Assembly: GCA_037305845.1 (NCBI GenBank)
Contig: CP147778.1
Span: 768,001 to 832,000 of the forward strand
Reading direction: 5' to 3'
Source of the DNA: Candidatus Freyarchaeum deiterrae
Lineage (GTDB): Archaea > Asgardarchaeota > Jordiarchaeia > Jordiarchaeales > Jordiarchaeaceae
DNA length: 64,000 nt
The position numbers and the translations under genes were made by a program. Positions 47,697 to 57,782 of the stretch are shown one piece after another. Within the stretch, counting starts at the first letter, position 1, and every line of letters begins with the position of its first letter. The notes under the pieces were generated by a model. That model saw only the letters and a list, made by a program, of their open reading frames with translations, was not told where the DNA came from and did not search any database.

Positions 47697-48535
47697 AATT
47701 GTCAGTATCTTATGTGAACACCGGTTTATACGAACCGTTAATTTACCTAATAAATTCCATCCTTCTCGCAGCCTGTGCAGTTTACCTTGTTAGACACTAT
47801 CTTGAAAAGCGAAAAATCCTAACCTGGCTCTTCGTCTTATTGTTCGTCTGGCTCGCATCATTTTTCTTCGTTGACTTCCTGGTTGTTACAGACGTTATAC
47901 AATTGGACGTAATTATGTTAAGTCTATTCGCGTTTTTAATTGCCACAGGAATAATAGCCACAATTGGACTTGTAATGTTAGGATTTAAGTCAATTTACCT
48001 GCTTCCCACGTTAATTGTGTTGATTATATTCTTCTATAATCAGACTTCGGTATCAAACTATAATTATTTAGTGAATTCAATCCAGCTCCTTTCATACCTA
48101 TCTACGGGAAATTTCTTAGCGGAACCTTGGTTCATAATTCTGAAAGACGTGTTTCCAAATTTCTTTGTGCAACGGCTACTAGTTACGAACCTACTGAACC
48201 TACTTTTTGATCCAATAGCACTAATATTTCCGAACTCCACAGTTCTCATATTATCTATCTTTGAGGGGGCACTTGCAGTTCCGACAACTATTCTATTCTA
48301 CTATTTAGCTTGGAAAAACAGGAGCGGCAGGTCTCTAGGATTCGCACTCGGCCTCACAACTTACCTCATACTTGGCGTTATAACGATCCCCCCTGGAATA
48401 GTGATACGAGGCTTATCGGGAGTAACGTTAATGTTTGCAGCAGCATTGTTCCTTGCTTTGGGAATCCTCGGAGTTTTCGACAAACTGATTTCAAAAGAAA
48501 ACTCCCAAAAAGGAAAAGAGAAAAACAATAAGTAA
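47690..48535 (+). CDS. 7TM membrane protein, paralog A
   Basis: Seven hydrophobic helices; shares NTGLYEPL, LTWLF, NSIQ..SYLST, PT.ILFYYLAW.NRSG.SLGFA.GL, GVFD with 49162-50028. Confidence 0.82.
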   Translation: MLELSVSYVNTGLYEPLIYLINSILLAACAVYLVRHYLEKRKILTWLFVLLFVWLASFFFVDFLVVTDVIQLDVIMLSLFAFLIATGIIATIGLVMLGFKSIYLLPTLIVLIIFFYNQTSVSNYNYLVNSIQLLSYLSTGNFLAEPWFIILKDVFPNFFVQRLLVTNLLNLLFDPIALIFPNSTVLILSIFEGALAVPTTILFYYLAWKNRSGRSLGFALGLTTYLILGVITIPPGIVIRGLSGVTLMFAAALFLALGILGVFDKLISKENSQKGKEKNNK

Positions 48536-48699
48536 AAACGCTTATCTTTCTCTAGGTTTCAATTCCGAGCCAAGCATAATATTAGACAAACAACAACCCT
48601 TCTCTTTTTTCGAAAGCTGTTCACCAAGTTTCGTTACTCCACATTTATCAAAAGAAATCGAGACTCTAATTGTTTAATATGCATACGATTTATTATCAG

Positions 48700-48720
48700 A
48701 AAAATATATAAAATATAAAT
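48700..48720 (+). promoter_or_regulatory. Shared double-TATA promoter motif, copy 3
   Basis: AAAAATATATAAAATATAAAT. Confidence 0.6.
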
Positions 48721-48757
48721 GTATCATAAATGTATGGCGTGATGCGGGGGCATCCAT

Positions 48758-49168
48758 TTGAGCGTAGATGTTAGTATAGACAAGCTGATTGAACGCGTTG
48801 AGCTGAACATAGGCAACTGGAAACCGATAGCGGTAGCTATAATTGACATAAACTATAAGATTTTGGGAGAAAAGGGAAGCATCCCAACAGAGTATGTCAA
48901 ATACTACGAAACTTTCCCCCTATCAGGTATGCACGCAGGAGACAGCATAAACAACAGCAACTCATTCATCATGAAGGTCACCGAGAAAACCGGAGTCATA
49001 GTCGTTATGGAAGATCCCTATATATCTCGACTCGCAGCGATAAACCTCAGAGGACGCCTCAACGCCCTATCCGACTTCTACACCCTTGAGAAATTCGTAA
49101 AGGAAAAGGAAAAGGATAAAAAAACCAAACTTGGTGAAGCACGAAAAAAAGAGGAGAAAGTGTGGTAG
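48758..49168 (+). CDS. Small profilin/roadblock-fold-like protein, paralog 3
   Basis: Paralog family as above; overlaps the start of the 7TM gene at 49162. Confidence 0.78.
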   Translation: MSVDVSIDKLIERVELNIGNWKPIAVAIIDINYKILGEKGSIPTEYVKYYETFPLSGMHAGDSINNSNSFIMKVTEKTGVIVVMEDPYISRLAAINLRGRLNALSDFYTLEKFVKEKEKDKKTKLGEARKKEEKVW

Positions 49169-50028
49169 AATTGTCAATATCCACTGCTAATACCGGTTTA
49201 TACGAACCACTAACCTACATAACAATTTTCGCCGTCTTCGCAGTTTGCACAGCTTACCTTATTAGGCACTACTTTGAAAATCGGGAAAAACTCACCTGGC
49301 TCTTCATCGCATACTTCGCTGTAATCTCGGCATGTTTCTTCGTTAGCTCCTTAATTGTTATGGACGTTCTAAATTTTTCGTTAGGTCTGGCAATAGGATA
49401 CACGTTTTTAATTGGCTCAGCAATCACAGCTACAATAGGAATAGTAATGCTAGGCGCCAAGCAACTCTACACGCTTCCACTATTCGTTGTGATAGTCGCA
49501 TTCTTCCATAGTACTCTTCTGGAGTCAAATTATGTTCAATTGATAAACTCAATCCAGACCTTCTCATACTTGTCTACAATGCAGTTCATAGGGAGTCCTT
49601 TGTACATAGCTCTACAAATCATGTTTCCAAATTTCGCCCCGTTAGGCCAACAACTAGGTACGACATTGCTGAACCTGCAACTTAATCCACTATCAGTGTT
49701 AATTCCAAACACAGCTTCATTAATAATCGTCCCCTACAATAGTGCAATCGCAATTCCAACAATTATTCTCTTCTACTATCTAGCCTGGACGAACAGAAGC
49801 GGCAAGTCTCTAGGATTCGCATTCGGCCTCACTACTAATCTTATACTGGGCCTCATGGTGAGTGTGTTGATAATAGGAGTCCGATCCATAGACGTGATGG
49901 TTTTGTATCTAATAGGAGCAGTGTTCTATGCTTCAGGAATCTTCGGAGTGTTCGACAGGCTAATGAAAAAGAAAGAAACCCCAACACGGAATGCGACAGT
50001 ACGGAATGTTAAGAAAGAAAAAGGGTAA
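49162..50028 (+). CDS. 7TM membrane protein, paralog B
   Basis: Paralog of 47690-48535; 7-nt overlap with the upstream gene. Confidence 0.82.
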   Translation: MVELSISTANTGLYEPLTYITIFAVFAVCTAYLIRHYFENREKLTWLFIAYFAVISACFFVSSLIVMDVLNFSLGLAIGYTFLIGSAITATIGIVMLGAKQLYTLPLFVVIVAFFHSTLLESNYVQLINSIQTFSYLSTMQFIGSPLYIALQIMFPNFAPLGQQLGTTLLNLQLNPLSVLIPNTASLIIVPYNSAIAIPTIILFYYLAWTNRSGKSLGFAFGLTTNLILGLMVSVLIIGVRSIDVMVLYLIGAVFYASGIFGVFDRLMKKKETPTRNATVRNVKKEKG

Positions 50029-50192
50029 AGCAGTATCTCTTTTCTTTTTTTATTGAATCAACTTTGGGCTTAAGTTAACTTTCAGATGGAATAAAACTCT
50101 CCGAAAGCCCAGCTCTATTAACTGTCCCTATTCCGCCGAGTAATGATGATGATTTTTTAACTTGCCCTAAGGGGGTGTTTAGGTGGGGCTCC

Positions 50193-51134
50193 TTATTTTT
50201 TTGTTGAGGATTCCTTGGGAGTTAATCTGCTGGTAGTGTTTTCTACTGATATTCTGTGCATTTGGAATCCGAGTTTTTCAGGCTCCGCCCCCATTAGCAG
50301 AGCCAATAGTTGGGATAGATGAATAACCGGTTTAGGATTGTCCAGCATTTCAACATCCAGTAGGTTTCCTTGGTACTTATCAAGAACATTGAGGCAATAG
50401 GGACATATGACAACTACGGCTTCCGCCTCAGCCTCTGACAAGCTGTCAAGCTTCTTCTGAGTAGTAGCGTACGATATTTTTTTATTCACTGTTTGCTGTA
50501 TGCCACCGAATCCGCAGCACAGTATCTTTTCGGTGTACTCAACAGGCTTCCCTCCCAGTTTCTCAATCATCTCCTCTATAAAGGAGGGATTTTCTATACT
50601 GTCTAACCCTTTTTCCCCGTCAACGTGTGAGTAGTGGCAGCCGTAGTGCACCGCTAACTTCATGCCCCCGAGAGTCAAAGTGGTTTTTTCTAATATTCCA
50701 CCCATATTTTTGTAGAAGAAGTCAGCGATGTGAATGACTTCCACTTCTTCAAATTTTCTCCCGATTTTCTTGAGAATCCTTTCTGTTTGGGCTTTTATTT
50801 TCGGATCCTCCATGAGAGCTTCCGCCATATAAAAGGAGGAATAGCACCCATTACAATCCGTAAGAACAAAAGGTGTTTTTTCTGAGATTATGCTGGTGTT
50901 TCTTCCCGCAACACTTGTGAGCACAGTATCCGTGTTCAAAGAACTGAACTCGGGAGTCCCACAACAAGTCTGGTCGTCACTCACAACAAAGTTTACACCC
51001 AACTTTTCAAGCACAAACCTAGTAGCATACTCTATTCCGGGATAAACATTATTTATGAAGCAGCCTCTGAAATAGAAAAAGGAACCATTATCCGGAATCC
51101 TTTCGAGTCTTTCAAGATTCACCAAAAAGTACAC
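50193..51134 (-). CDS. hdrB: Heterodisulfide reductase subunit B-like
   Basis: Two CCG domains: GC...YPGIE, TCCG, CNGC, HYGCH, CCG, CPYC. Confidence 0.9.
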   Translation of the reverse strand: MYFLVNLERLERIPDNGSFFYFRGCFINNVYPGIEYATRFVLEKLGVNFVVSDDQTCCGTPEFSSLNTDTVLTSVAGRNTSIISEKTPFVLTDCNGCYSSFYMAEALMEDPKIKAQTERILKKIGRKFEEVEVIHIADFFYKNMGGILEKTTLTLGGMKLAVHYGCHYSHVDGEKGLDSIENPSFIEEMIEKLGGKPVEYTEKILCCGFGGIQQTVNKKISYATTQKKLDSLSEAEAEAVVVICPYCLNVLDKYQGNLLDVEMLDNPKPVIHLSQLLALLMGAEPEKLGFQMHRISVENTTSRLTPKESSTKK

Positions 51135-51141
51135 ACCCTCT

Positions 51142-51759
51142 CTAGTAGTTCTCAGAACTCTCCTTTGATTCTTTAACCCTCTCCTCCAGATTGTCCAACA
51201 TTTCCCTGAAACCAGTCTCTTCCAAAATTATCTTCAACTCCTCTTTTGCCTTTTCCGAAACTTCATACCTCTCCGAAAGCCCCATTTCCAGCCTGCACTT
51301 AGCCAACTCCAATTCGGCCTTTTTAGGATCCATCCGAGCATAATCTCGAGAGCTAATAGAAAGCCCGCTTTCTATAAGATTCCTTCCCACACCACTCAGT
51401 ATTTTTATTAAATCCCAACCATACCCTTTCTCCATAGCCAACTTTCTAAGCCGATAAATAACATAAGGTATACCTATATGCCAAGGACATTTAATTGTAT
51501 AACACTGAAAACAGGTATAGCAGTACCATATTTCCTTGCTGCTCAGTACCTTCTCTTCCTCGCCTAGGGTCACATCACAGATTATTTTTCTGAAATTATA
51601 GCTAGAGTTCTTTGCCGCGGGGCAGTCACCTACGCATATTCCGCAGGCAAAGCAGTTTTCCATTTTTTTACTGTCGAGTCCTTCTACTTTATCGAAGAAA
51701 CTCCAGTTCCAGTTCTCCGAAGAGGATACTTTACTATCATTTGTGGTCATTCGTATCAA
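51142..51759 (-). CDS. hdrC: Heterodisulfide reductase subunit C-like (2x4Fe-4S)
   Basis: CFACGICVGDCP; IWYCYTCFQC....CP; upstream of hdrB. Confidence 0.88.
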   Translation of the reverse strand: MIRMTTNDSKVSSSENWNWSFFDKVEGLDSKKMENCFACGICVGDCPAAKNSSYNFRKIICDVTLGEEEKVLSSKEIWYCYTCFQCYTIKCPWHIGIPYVIYRLRKLAMEKGYGWDLIKILSGVGRNLIESGLSISSRDYARMDPKKAELELAKCRLEMGLSERYEVSEKAKEELKIILEETGFREMLDNLEERVKESKESSENY

Positions 51760-51967
51760 CCCAAGCTTTTTGTTAATACGGCTTTAATTTTGCCTTTTTT
51801 GCAAATTTTTACTTCTTCTTGGGACTTGCAGTAAAAATCATATCTCATCAACTTTTCCAAGAAACGGTAATATCTCTAATTTATAAGTTTTCCATAAAAA
51901 GTGTTCGCCCATCTTTCTTTCTCAACACCTTCCTAAGGTTCAAACACCCAAGTTTTCATCCTACACT

Positions 51968-52516
51968 TTAGAGGCTATGCTGGTAAATCCTTTGCCTTGT
52001 TGTTTTATAGAGGATAGTATACCCCGCCTGAAGGAATAAATCGTCCATTTGCTTGTGGACGAAGATGTCCCAGAAAATAAGCGTGCCGTGCGGCCGGAGG
52101 ATCCGCTGGATTTCCTGTATCGCTTGGGGGGTCTTCTTAAATTCCCACCCTCGGTCCTCGAGATGGTGGAACATAAGTGTGGATAACACGAAATCAAAGG
52201 ATTTCGATTCAAAGGACAGATGCAAGGCGTCCTCTTGTCGGAACTCAAGTTCCGGGGGGATGGTTCCGTACTTCTTTTCCGCGAGTTTCTGACCTGCTTG
52301 AATTTGGCGTGGGTCGAAATCGCTGATGACCACCCGTTTTGGGTGAAATTTATCAAAGATAGCATAGGAAGTGTATCCTAAGCCAGCCCCAACCTCAAGG
52401 AATGTCCCCGAAATTGCGATACCAGCCTTGTCCAAAAGCGAAATGACCCTTTTGGGGACTCTCCGGCGATTGAAGCGATTTACAAAGAACTTTTGGAATA
52501 CATTCATTGAGACCAT
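51968..52516 (-). CDS. Class I SAM-dependent methyltransferase
   Basis: LEVGAGLG, SDFD, EDALHLSF, FDFV, RILRPHG. Confidence 0.88.
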   Translation of the reverse strand: MVSMNVFQKFFVNRFNRRRVPKRVISLLDKAGIAISGTFLEVGAGLGYTSYAIFDKFHPKRVVISDFDPRQIQAGQKLAEKKYGTIPPELEFRQEDALHLSFESKSFDFVLSTLMFHHLEDRGWEFKKTPQAIQEIQRILRPHGTLIFWDIFVHKQMDDLFLQAGYTILYKTTRQRIYQHSL

Positions 52517-52819
52517 TAGGAGTTTGCCTCCGCTTACTATTATCCGAGTTTAAGGAATCATCAATTTAGTCATCCGATTAAAGAGCAATGGTAAAACGCT
52601 TCATCCTAAGGATTAGCCTTAGTCAGCTTTAGTGTTGGAGCGTAAAACTTTATTTAATCGTGTTAAAATTATGGGAATTTACTCAGCTTAAAAATAGCAT
52701 TATGTTTTCATTCTTTAAAAGTTTTGTACAAATTAAGGGTCGTGAGGATTCAGCTCTTGTTTATAAATTTTCTACCGAATTCGTCTGCTTGTCTTAGAGT
52801 AGTAATGAGAACCTTTTTG

Positions 52820-55399
52820 TTAGTGGGAGTTGGGTTTTTCTACTTTGTTAATAATTTCTTGGATTTGTCCGACGAGGGCGTCTTTTTTTAGTATTTCAGC
52901 GATTTTGCTTATTGCTCTTAGATGGTGAATGAGGTCATTCAGATATCCGAAGAGGTCTCCGGGATATACGTACAGTTCGTACTCGTCCTTTAAAATTTGG
53001 GATATGTTGCTTGGCCTCAGTCCTCGCATTCTTAGCTCAATTATTTTTTGTGCTAGTTCCACTTGGCCGCACTCGCAGAAGGGGTTGTCCTTGCATTTGC
53101 AGTTAAAAATGTCCAGGGTCCATTTGGCGAAAAGGTCTAATACCCATTTCTCCAATTTTTTTGTTTTCTTTGTTCTTGAAGCGTCCATTAGGTCTAGGAC
53201 TGCTCCCGAAAAGAACCTTGTGGGAAAATTTGTGTTGTAAGCCTGGTTTAGTTCTCCCTGTAACCTTGAAGAGAGATAAATTGATTCGAAGGTTTCCAGT
53301 CTTATAGCGAGTTCAAGCGGATTCATGTCAATATTATCTTTGACGAACACTGCCTCTGAGGGGGTTAGAAAAGAAACACTTGCCGCGCTACCTAGGGGGG
53401 AAACTGTTACAATGTTTCCATTTCTGGAAACCATTCCACTTTTTTTTAGATAGGCTAGTGCCTCGTCTAACTCTACAGTCTTTCCAATCAATTGTTCATA
53501 GATTTTCTTCCACTCCTCTAGAGTAGCACTTCCTCTAATACATAGGCTGGCTAATAACTGTTCTGCGCATTGTTCCAAAGTATAGTTTGGGTAGACCTCC
53601 TCTATCTTGCCCTTGAGCAAATTCATCGCTACTTCGTCTTCGGTATTTTCCTGCGCAGCGTTATACCTCAAACCGGGTTCTACGAGAATAACGACTTTAC
53701 CCCTTTCATGCTTTCCATATCTTCCCGCTCTACCCGACATTTGTTCAAAATCCGCCACCGTTAACCATTCTCTGCCTTGGGTCAGTGATTCAAAAATCAC
53801 TTGGCTTGCGGGGAAATCGACACCGGCGCCAAGCGCTGCAGTGGAAATAACCGCGGATATGACCCCTGAAGCAAAACCGGTTTCTACTCTTTTTCTTTGG
53901 GCGTAGGTTAAACCGGCGTGATAAGCTTCGGCAGTTATGCCTCTGTCCCTTAGAATCTGCGCTAGGCGGTAGGCCCCCCTCCTCGAGTATGTGAAAACAA
54001 TTGTCTGCCCACGGAAGCCGAATTTGCTTACTTTCCTAAATTCGCTTCTGATGAGTTTTTCGATAAATCTGATTTTATCATTTGAGTTCATGGCTAGAAC
54101 GAGATGCCTCTCTAAGGGTACCGGGCGATTAGTTGAAACTACGGGTTTTAAGCCTAGACTTTCCGCCATTTCGTCAGTGTTACTGACGGTTGCAGAGAGG
54201 CAAATAAATTGGGCTTCTGGATAAAGGTCTCTTAGCCTTATAATTATCCCGTCGAGTTCCGGTCCTCTTTCCTCATCAGCCAGCATCTGAACCTCGTCTA
54301 CAATGATGGTTTTTACTTCTCCCAATTCGCGGTGACGCTGTGAACGAAGTAGGTAATCTAAGGCCTCGTAAGTTGCTGATACCAAATTGGCGTTCGAAAC
54401 CTCATCATCGACGATTACCAGCTCATCTTCACCGACGTCTATCTTGCTCATTCCCACCCGAATGGCGGTTCTGATTCCTAGTTTTTGATATTTCGTTTTG
54501 AATTCCAAATATTTTTGGTTAGCCAAAGCTACAAGGGGAGCTAAATAAACCATTTTTTTACCCTCAAATGCTTTAGGCAAACCCGCAAGCTCACCTATGA
54601 GGGTTTTGCCGCTGGTGGTAGAACTCACTACTAGCAAGTTTTCTCCCTCAAGCAACCCGGCTTCTACAGCCGCTATCTGCACTGGCATAAGCTGAGTAAT
54701 TCCAGTGTTATATAGAGCCTGTGTCAATTTGAGGGGTAAAGGAAGCTCTTCTAAACTCATTGTTCTGGATTTTTCATTAGCTTCGATAGTATCGAATAGT
54801 GTAATGCTTGTGTCTTTGGAAGGGTCGAAATTTGGGGACAAAATTGGTAGAATGCTTTCCAGGTCTTTTTTGTTATAGAGAATATTCCAAAGCTGCTTTT
54901 TCATATCCGTAGAAATACGGGCGCCCCTAAATTGCAGTTCCTTGTCAAACTCTGCTTTAACACAGTCCCAACACAGCTTATCTCCGTGCGCGTGAAAAGT
55001 ATTATCCTTACCGAGAACCGTTGTGAAACCATCAGCCTGACAGTATTTGCAAATTTCCAATACTTCTCCCTTTTTGATGCCGAAATCTTTCAACATATCC
55101 AAAATTTTGGTCATGAATTCCTCACGAAAATCCGAAGCAATAACTATTCTCCTAGCATTACGCAGTACAGAGGTGAACTCCTTCGGCTGAATAAAGGTCT
55201 GCTTTCCATTAGAAGATATGCCAATGCGATTAGGCCTCAAAAGATTTTCTTTCGGATGAAAGAATTCGACCAATAAACTAAGATCAGGCTTGACCCTCCT
55301 CAACTTAGGATAGCCACTAAAAAGCAAAATCTCCGCATTAAAATCCTTTTTCTTCTGAATAAATACAAGTATGTAACTTTTAGGGATAGCTTCCAACAA
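52820..55399 (-). CDS. Archaeal SF2 helicase (COG1202/DUF5814-like)
   Basis: PVQ, SSTTSGKTLIGE, PLVALANQKY, DEVQ, SAT, YHAGL, GVDFPAS, QMSGRAGR, C-terminal CKCKDNPFCEC. Confidence 0.9.
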   Translation of the reverse strand: MLEAIPKSYILVFIQKKKDFNAEILLFSGYPKLRRVKPDLSLLVEFFHPKENLLRPNRIGISSNGKQTFIQPKEFTSVLRNARRIVIASDFREEFMTKILDMLKDFGIKKGEVLEICKYCQADGFTTVLGKDNTFHAHGDKLCWDCVKAEFDKELQFRGARISTDMKKQLWNILYNKKDLESILPILSPNFDPSKDTSITLFDTIEANEKSRTMSLEELPLPLKLTQALYNTGITQLMPVQIAAVEAGLLEGENLLVVSSTTSGKTLIGELAGLPKAFEGKKMVYLAPLVALANQKYLEFKTKYQKLGIRTAIRVGMSKIDVGEDELVIVDDEVSNANLVSATYEALDYLLRSQRHRELGEVKTIIVDEVQMLADEERGPELDGIIIRLRDLYPEAQFICLSATVSNTDEMAESLGLKPVVSTNRPVPLERHLVLAMNSNDKIRFIEKLIRSEFRKVSKFGFRGQTIVFTYSRRGAYRLAQILRDRGITAEAYHAGLTYAQRKRVETGFASGVISAVISTAALGAGVDFPASQVIFESLTQGREWLTVADFEQMSGRAGRYGKHERGKVVILVEPGLRYNAAQENTEDEVAMNLLKGKIEEVYPNYTLEQCAEQLLASLCIRGSATLEEWKKIYEQLIGKTVELDEALAYLKKSGMVSRNGNIVTVSPLGSAASVSFLTPSEAVFVKDNIDMNPLELAIRLETFESIYLSSRLQGELNQAYNTNFPTRFFSGAVLDLMDASRTKKTKKLEKWVLDLFAKWTLDIFNCKCKDNPFCECGQVELAQKIIELRMRGLRPSNISQILKDEYELYVYPGDLFGYLNDLIHHLRAISKIAEILKKDALVGQIQEIINKVEKPNSH

Positions 55400-55590
55400 T
55401 TACAACTCCAATACCCTGAAAACAAAACGAAATATAACAATCAACTCATATAATTCGAAATGGATTAAAATTTCTAAAATCTGTGTTGTCATCTTCACAT
55501 CCGAGCATCGGGCTAAATTTTTTTCTCATTTAGTCGAATAGCAAAGAATAAAAAACGTTTTAATCCTCTTAGTGGTGGAGATGCCTAGAA

Positions 55591-56265
55591 TTGAAGGTTA
55601 CAGAGGAAATCTTTTACTTCGCAGGAGCCAACTTTGACAGCAACACCTTTTTGATAAGAGATAACGAATCAGAGGAGCTTACTGTTATCGATGCCGGTTC
55701 AGGCTTTTTCTTCGATCGCTTAATAAGAAGAATTACTCAGGAAGGACTAAATCCGCAAAAAATTACACGCGTAATCTTAACTCATGTACACTTTGACCAC
55801 AGCGGCGGGCTTATTAATTTTGTGAAAGAATACTCCCCAAAGGTGTTAGTTTTTCACCTTGAGGCTGACAGCATAGAAAAAGGTGGAAACGGTCTCCTTT
55901 TAGCCGAAAATTTCGGTGTAGAATTCACACCTACCAAAGTTCATCAAAGAATGCAAGAAGGAGAAATCATCAAAGCCGGAAGCCTTAACTTAACCGTTTT
56001 AAATACGCCTGGGCACACTCTTGGTAGCATATGCCTTTATGATGAAGATAAGAAAGTGCTCTTTTCGGGTGATACTGTGTTCTCTCAGGGTAGTTTCGGC
56101 CGTGTGGACTTTCCGACGGGAGATTCGAGGCAAATGGTTCAGTCGCTTATTCAGCTGAGTAAATTGGACGTTGAATACTTGCTCTGCGGTCACCTAGACA
56201 TAGCGACCAAGAATGCAAATGAGCAAATCAAGCTCTCATTGAAAAATGCGCGTCTATTTCTTTAA
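55591..56265 (+). CDS. MBL-fold metallo-hydrolase (glyoxalase II-like)
   Basis: DAG, THVHFDHSGG, TPGHT, SGD, GRVDF, GH. Confidence 0.9.
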   Translation: MKVTEEIFYFAGANFDSNTFLIRDNESEELTVIDAGSGFFFDRLIRRITQEGLNPQKITRVILTHVHFDHSGGLINFVKEYSPKVLVFHLEADSIEKGGNGLLLAENFGVEFTPTKVHQRMQEGEIIKAGSLNLTVLNTPGHTLGSICLYDEDKKVLFSGDTVFSQGSFGRVDFPTGDSRQMVQSLIQLSKLDVEYLLCGHLDIATKNANEQIKLSLKNARLFL

Positions 56266-56357
56266 GATAAAAAAAAGGGCTATTCGCTTTTTTCAGTAAA
56301 ACAGTATCCTGATCCGAAGATGATTATTTTTTTCGGATCATGATTGTTTTGGGATGG

Positions 56358-56912
56358 TTATGCTGTGTCTTCTACTACAATGCGGTAGATAATTATTTTT
56401 CCCGCAGTTTTGGAATCTCGTGTTACTTTGATTACGTCTCCCGCCTTTCCTCCGATTGCTCTGATTGCTGGGTCGGAGATTCTTATCTTGGGGAGACCAT
56501 CTTTTTTGATGTTGTATTTTTCCAGAACTTGGTTGTAATCTTCGGGATGTGCTATCTCGTGTTTGGGGACGAGGTAGTGGTCAAATATGTCCAGTATAGG
56601 GTAGTCCACAATAAGTTCTATATTGGACTCTAATGCGATTTCCCGAGCTTTGGGTGTACTTCTTTTTCCTCCCACCAGGAAGCCTTTGGAGGCTGCTTTC
56701 TCATCCATAACCTCTTTTAAACCCCGCACCAAGGCTGTTCCAATTACCTTTTGAGCATCGTAACCTCTAATTATGAAGGTGTTTTCTTCCCCATTCTTTG
56801 AGGCTTTAATAATGCGGTAATTGCCTTCTGTTTTCTCCTCTATTTCTTTGACTTCGTAGCCCCTTAATTTTAGGAAACCGACAATTTTTTCCTCAGAACT
56901 CAACGCTATCAC
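56358..56912 (-). CDS. rpoH: RNA polymerase subunit Rpo5/RpoH with N-terminal restriction-endonuclease-like (Rpb5 jaw-like) domain
   Basis: C-terminal HYLVPKHE, LPKI..SDP, GDVIKVTR.S.TAG...YR; about 105 extra N-terminal residues. Confidence 0.9.
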   Translation of the reverse strand: MIALSSEEKIVGFLKLRGYEVKEIEEKTEGNYRIIKASKNGEENTFIIRGYDAQKVIGTALVRGLKEVMDEKAASKGFLVGGKRSTPKAREIALESNIELIVDYPILDIFDHYLVPKHEIAHPEDYNQVLEKYNIKKDGLPKIRISDPAIRAIGGKAGDVIKVTRDSKTAGKIIIYRIVVEDTA

Positions 56913-57359
56913 CCTTAGGAGTGAGAAACAAAATACTATATAAACACTAGGGATAGTACAAATAAATATTTAATAAAAACAATGAGAAATATATTTAATA
57001 CCTATTAAACTGGCTCAAAAAGAAAGCAACTAGCAACACCAAAAATACTTCTATTTGCAAAAATGTAAAACATGGAATTTTTATCCCAGATAAGTTAACG
57101 CACCAGCCAACTTAGGGCGTTTTTTCTGAGGAGACATCATTAAAAAGACTTACCAACACAGCGGAAAAGAAAAATTTCTCTAAAAACAAAGGGGATAAGA
57201 AAAGGATTAAATGTATATTTTTTATTAAAATAGATTAAAAGATACGAAGTGCTGAACTACCTAGACTTTGGTATTAATATGATAATGGAAATGGGAAAGT
57301 TAATTAACTAATGTATTCTTTATTTATGTAACGATGAACTGCGAGTGAGAGTGTGTTAA

Positions 57360-57782
57360 ATGACAGAAAGCAGACTCGGTACGCTCACCAAAATTCTCGA
57401 AAGCTTGAACTCAAAAGGTGGTTTCCAAGCAAGCATAATTGCGGGAGAAGACGGATTAGTTCTAGCTGAAGCCTCCAACAAACTTGACAAAAACGTCGTA
57501 GCAGCTATGGCTGGGCTTTCTCACAGCACCGCAGAAAGGGTCAAAGATCAGGTTGGTTTAGGAGATGTAGAAAACGTAATCATTGAGACAGATAGTGGCG
57601 TTATGGTTTTCCGAGGAGTATATCTTCCAACCAATAAACTGATACTAGCGGTAATAATGTCGTCAGCAAAGAGGACTAGTAGACTAAGAGATGCCGCAAA
57701 TGTTCTTTTACACAAGGATCGTAGATACGAAGTGATAATTGATGAAGCAGTAGGCGAGATCGTCAAAGCCTTCGCTAAATAA
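57360..57782 (+). CDS. Roadblock/LC7 (MglB-like) domain protein
   Basis: ASIIAGEDGLVLA, VAAMAG, VIIETDSG, LILAVI. Confidence 0.88.
   Translation: MTESRLGTLTKILESLNSKGGFQASIIAGEDGLVLAEASNKLDKNVVAAMAGLSHSTAERVKDQVGLGDVENVIIETDSGVMVFRGVYLPTNKLILAVIMSSAKRTSRLRDAANVLLHKDRRYEVIIDEAVGEIVKAFAK

Noticed and set aside
47690-50028. Rhodopsin identity for the 7TM proteins
   Set aside because: No retinal-binding Lys within helix 7 and no helix-3 RYxxW-type motif
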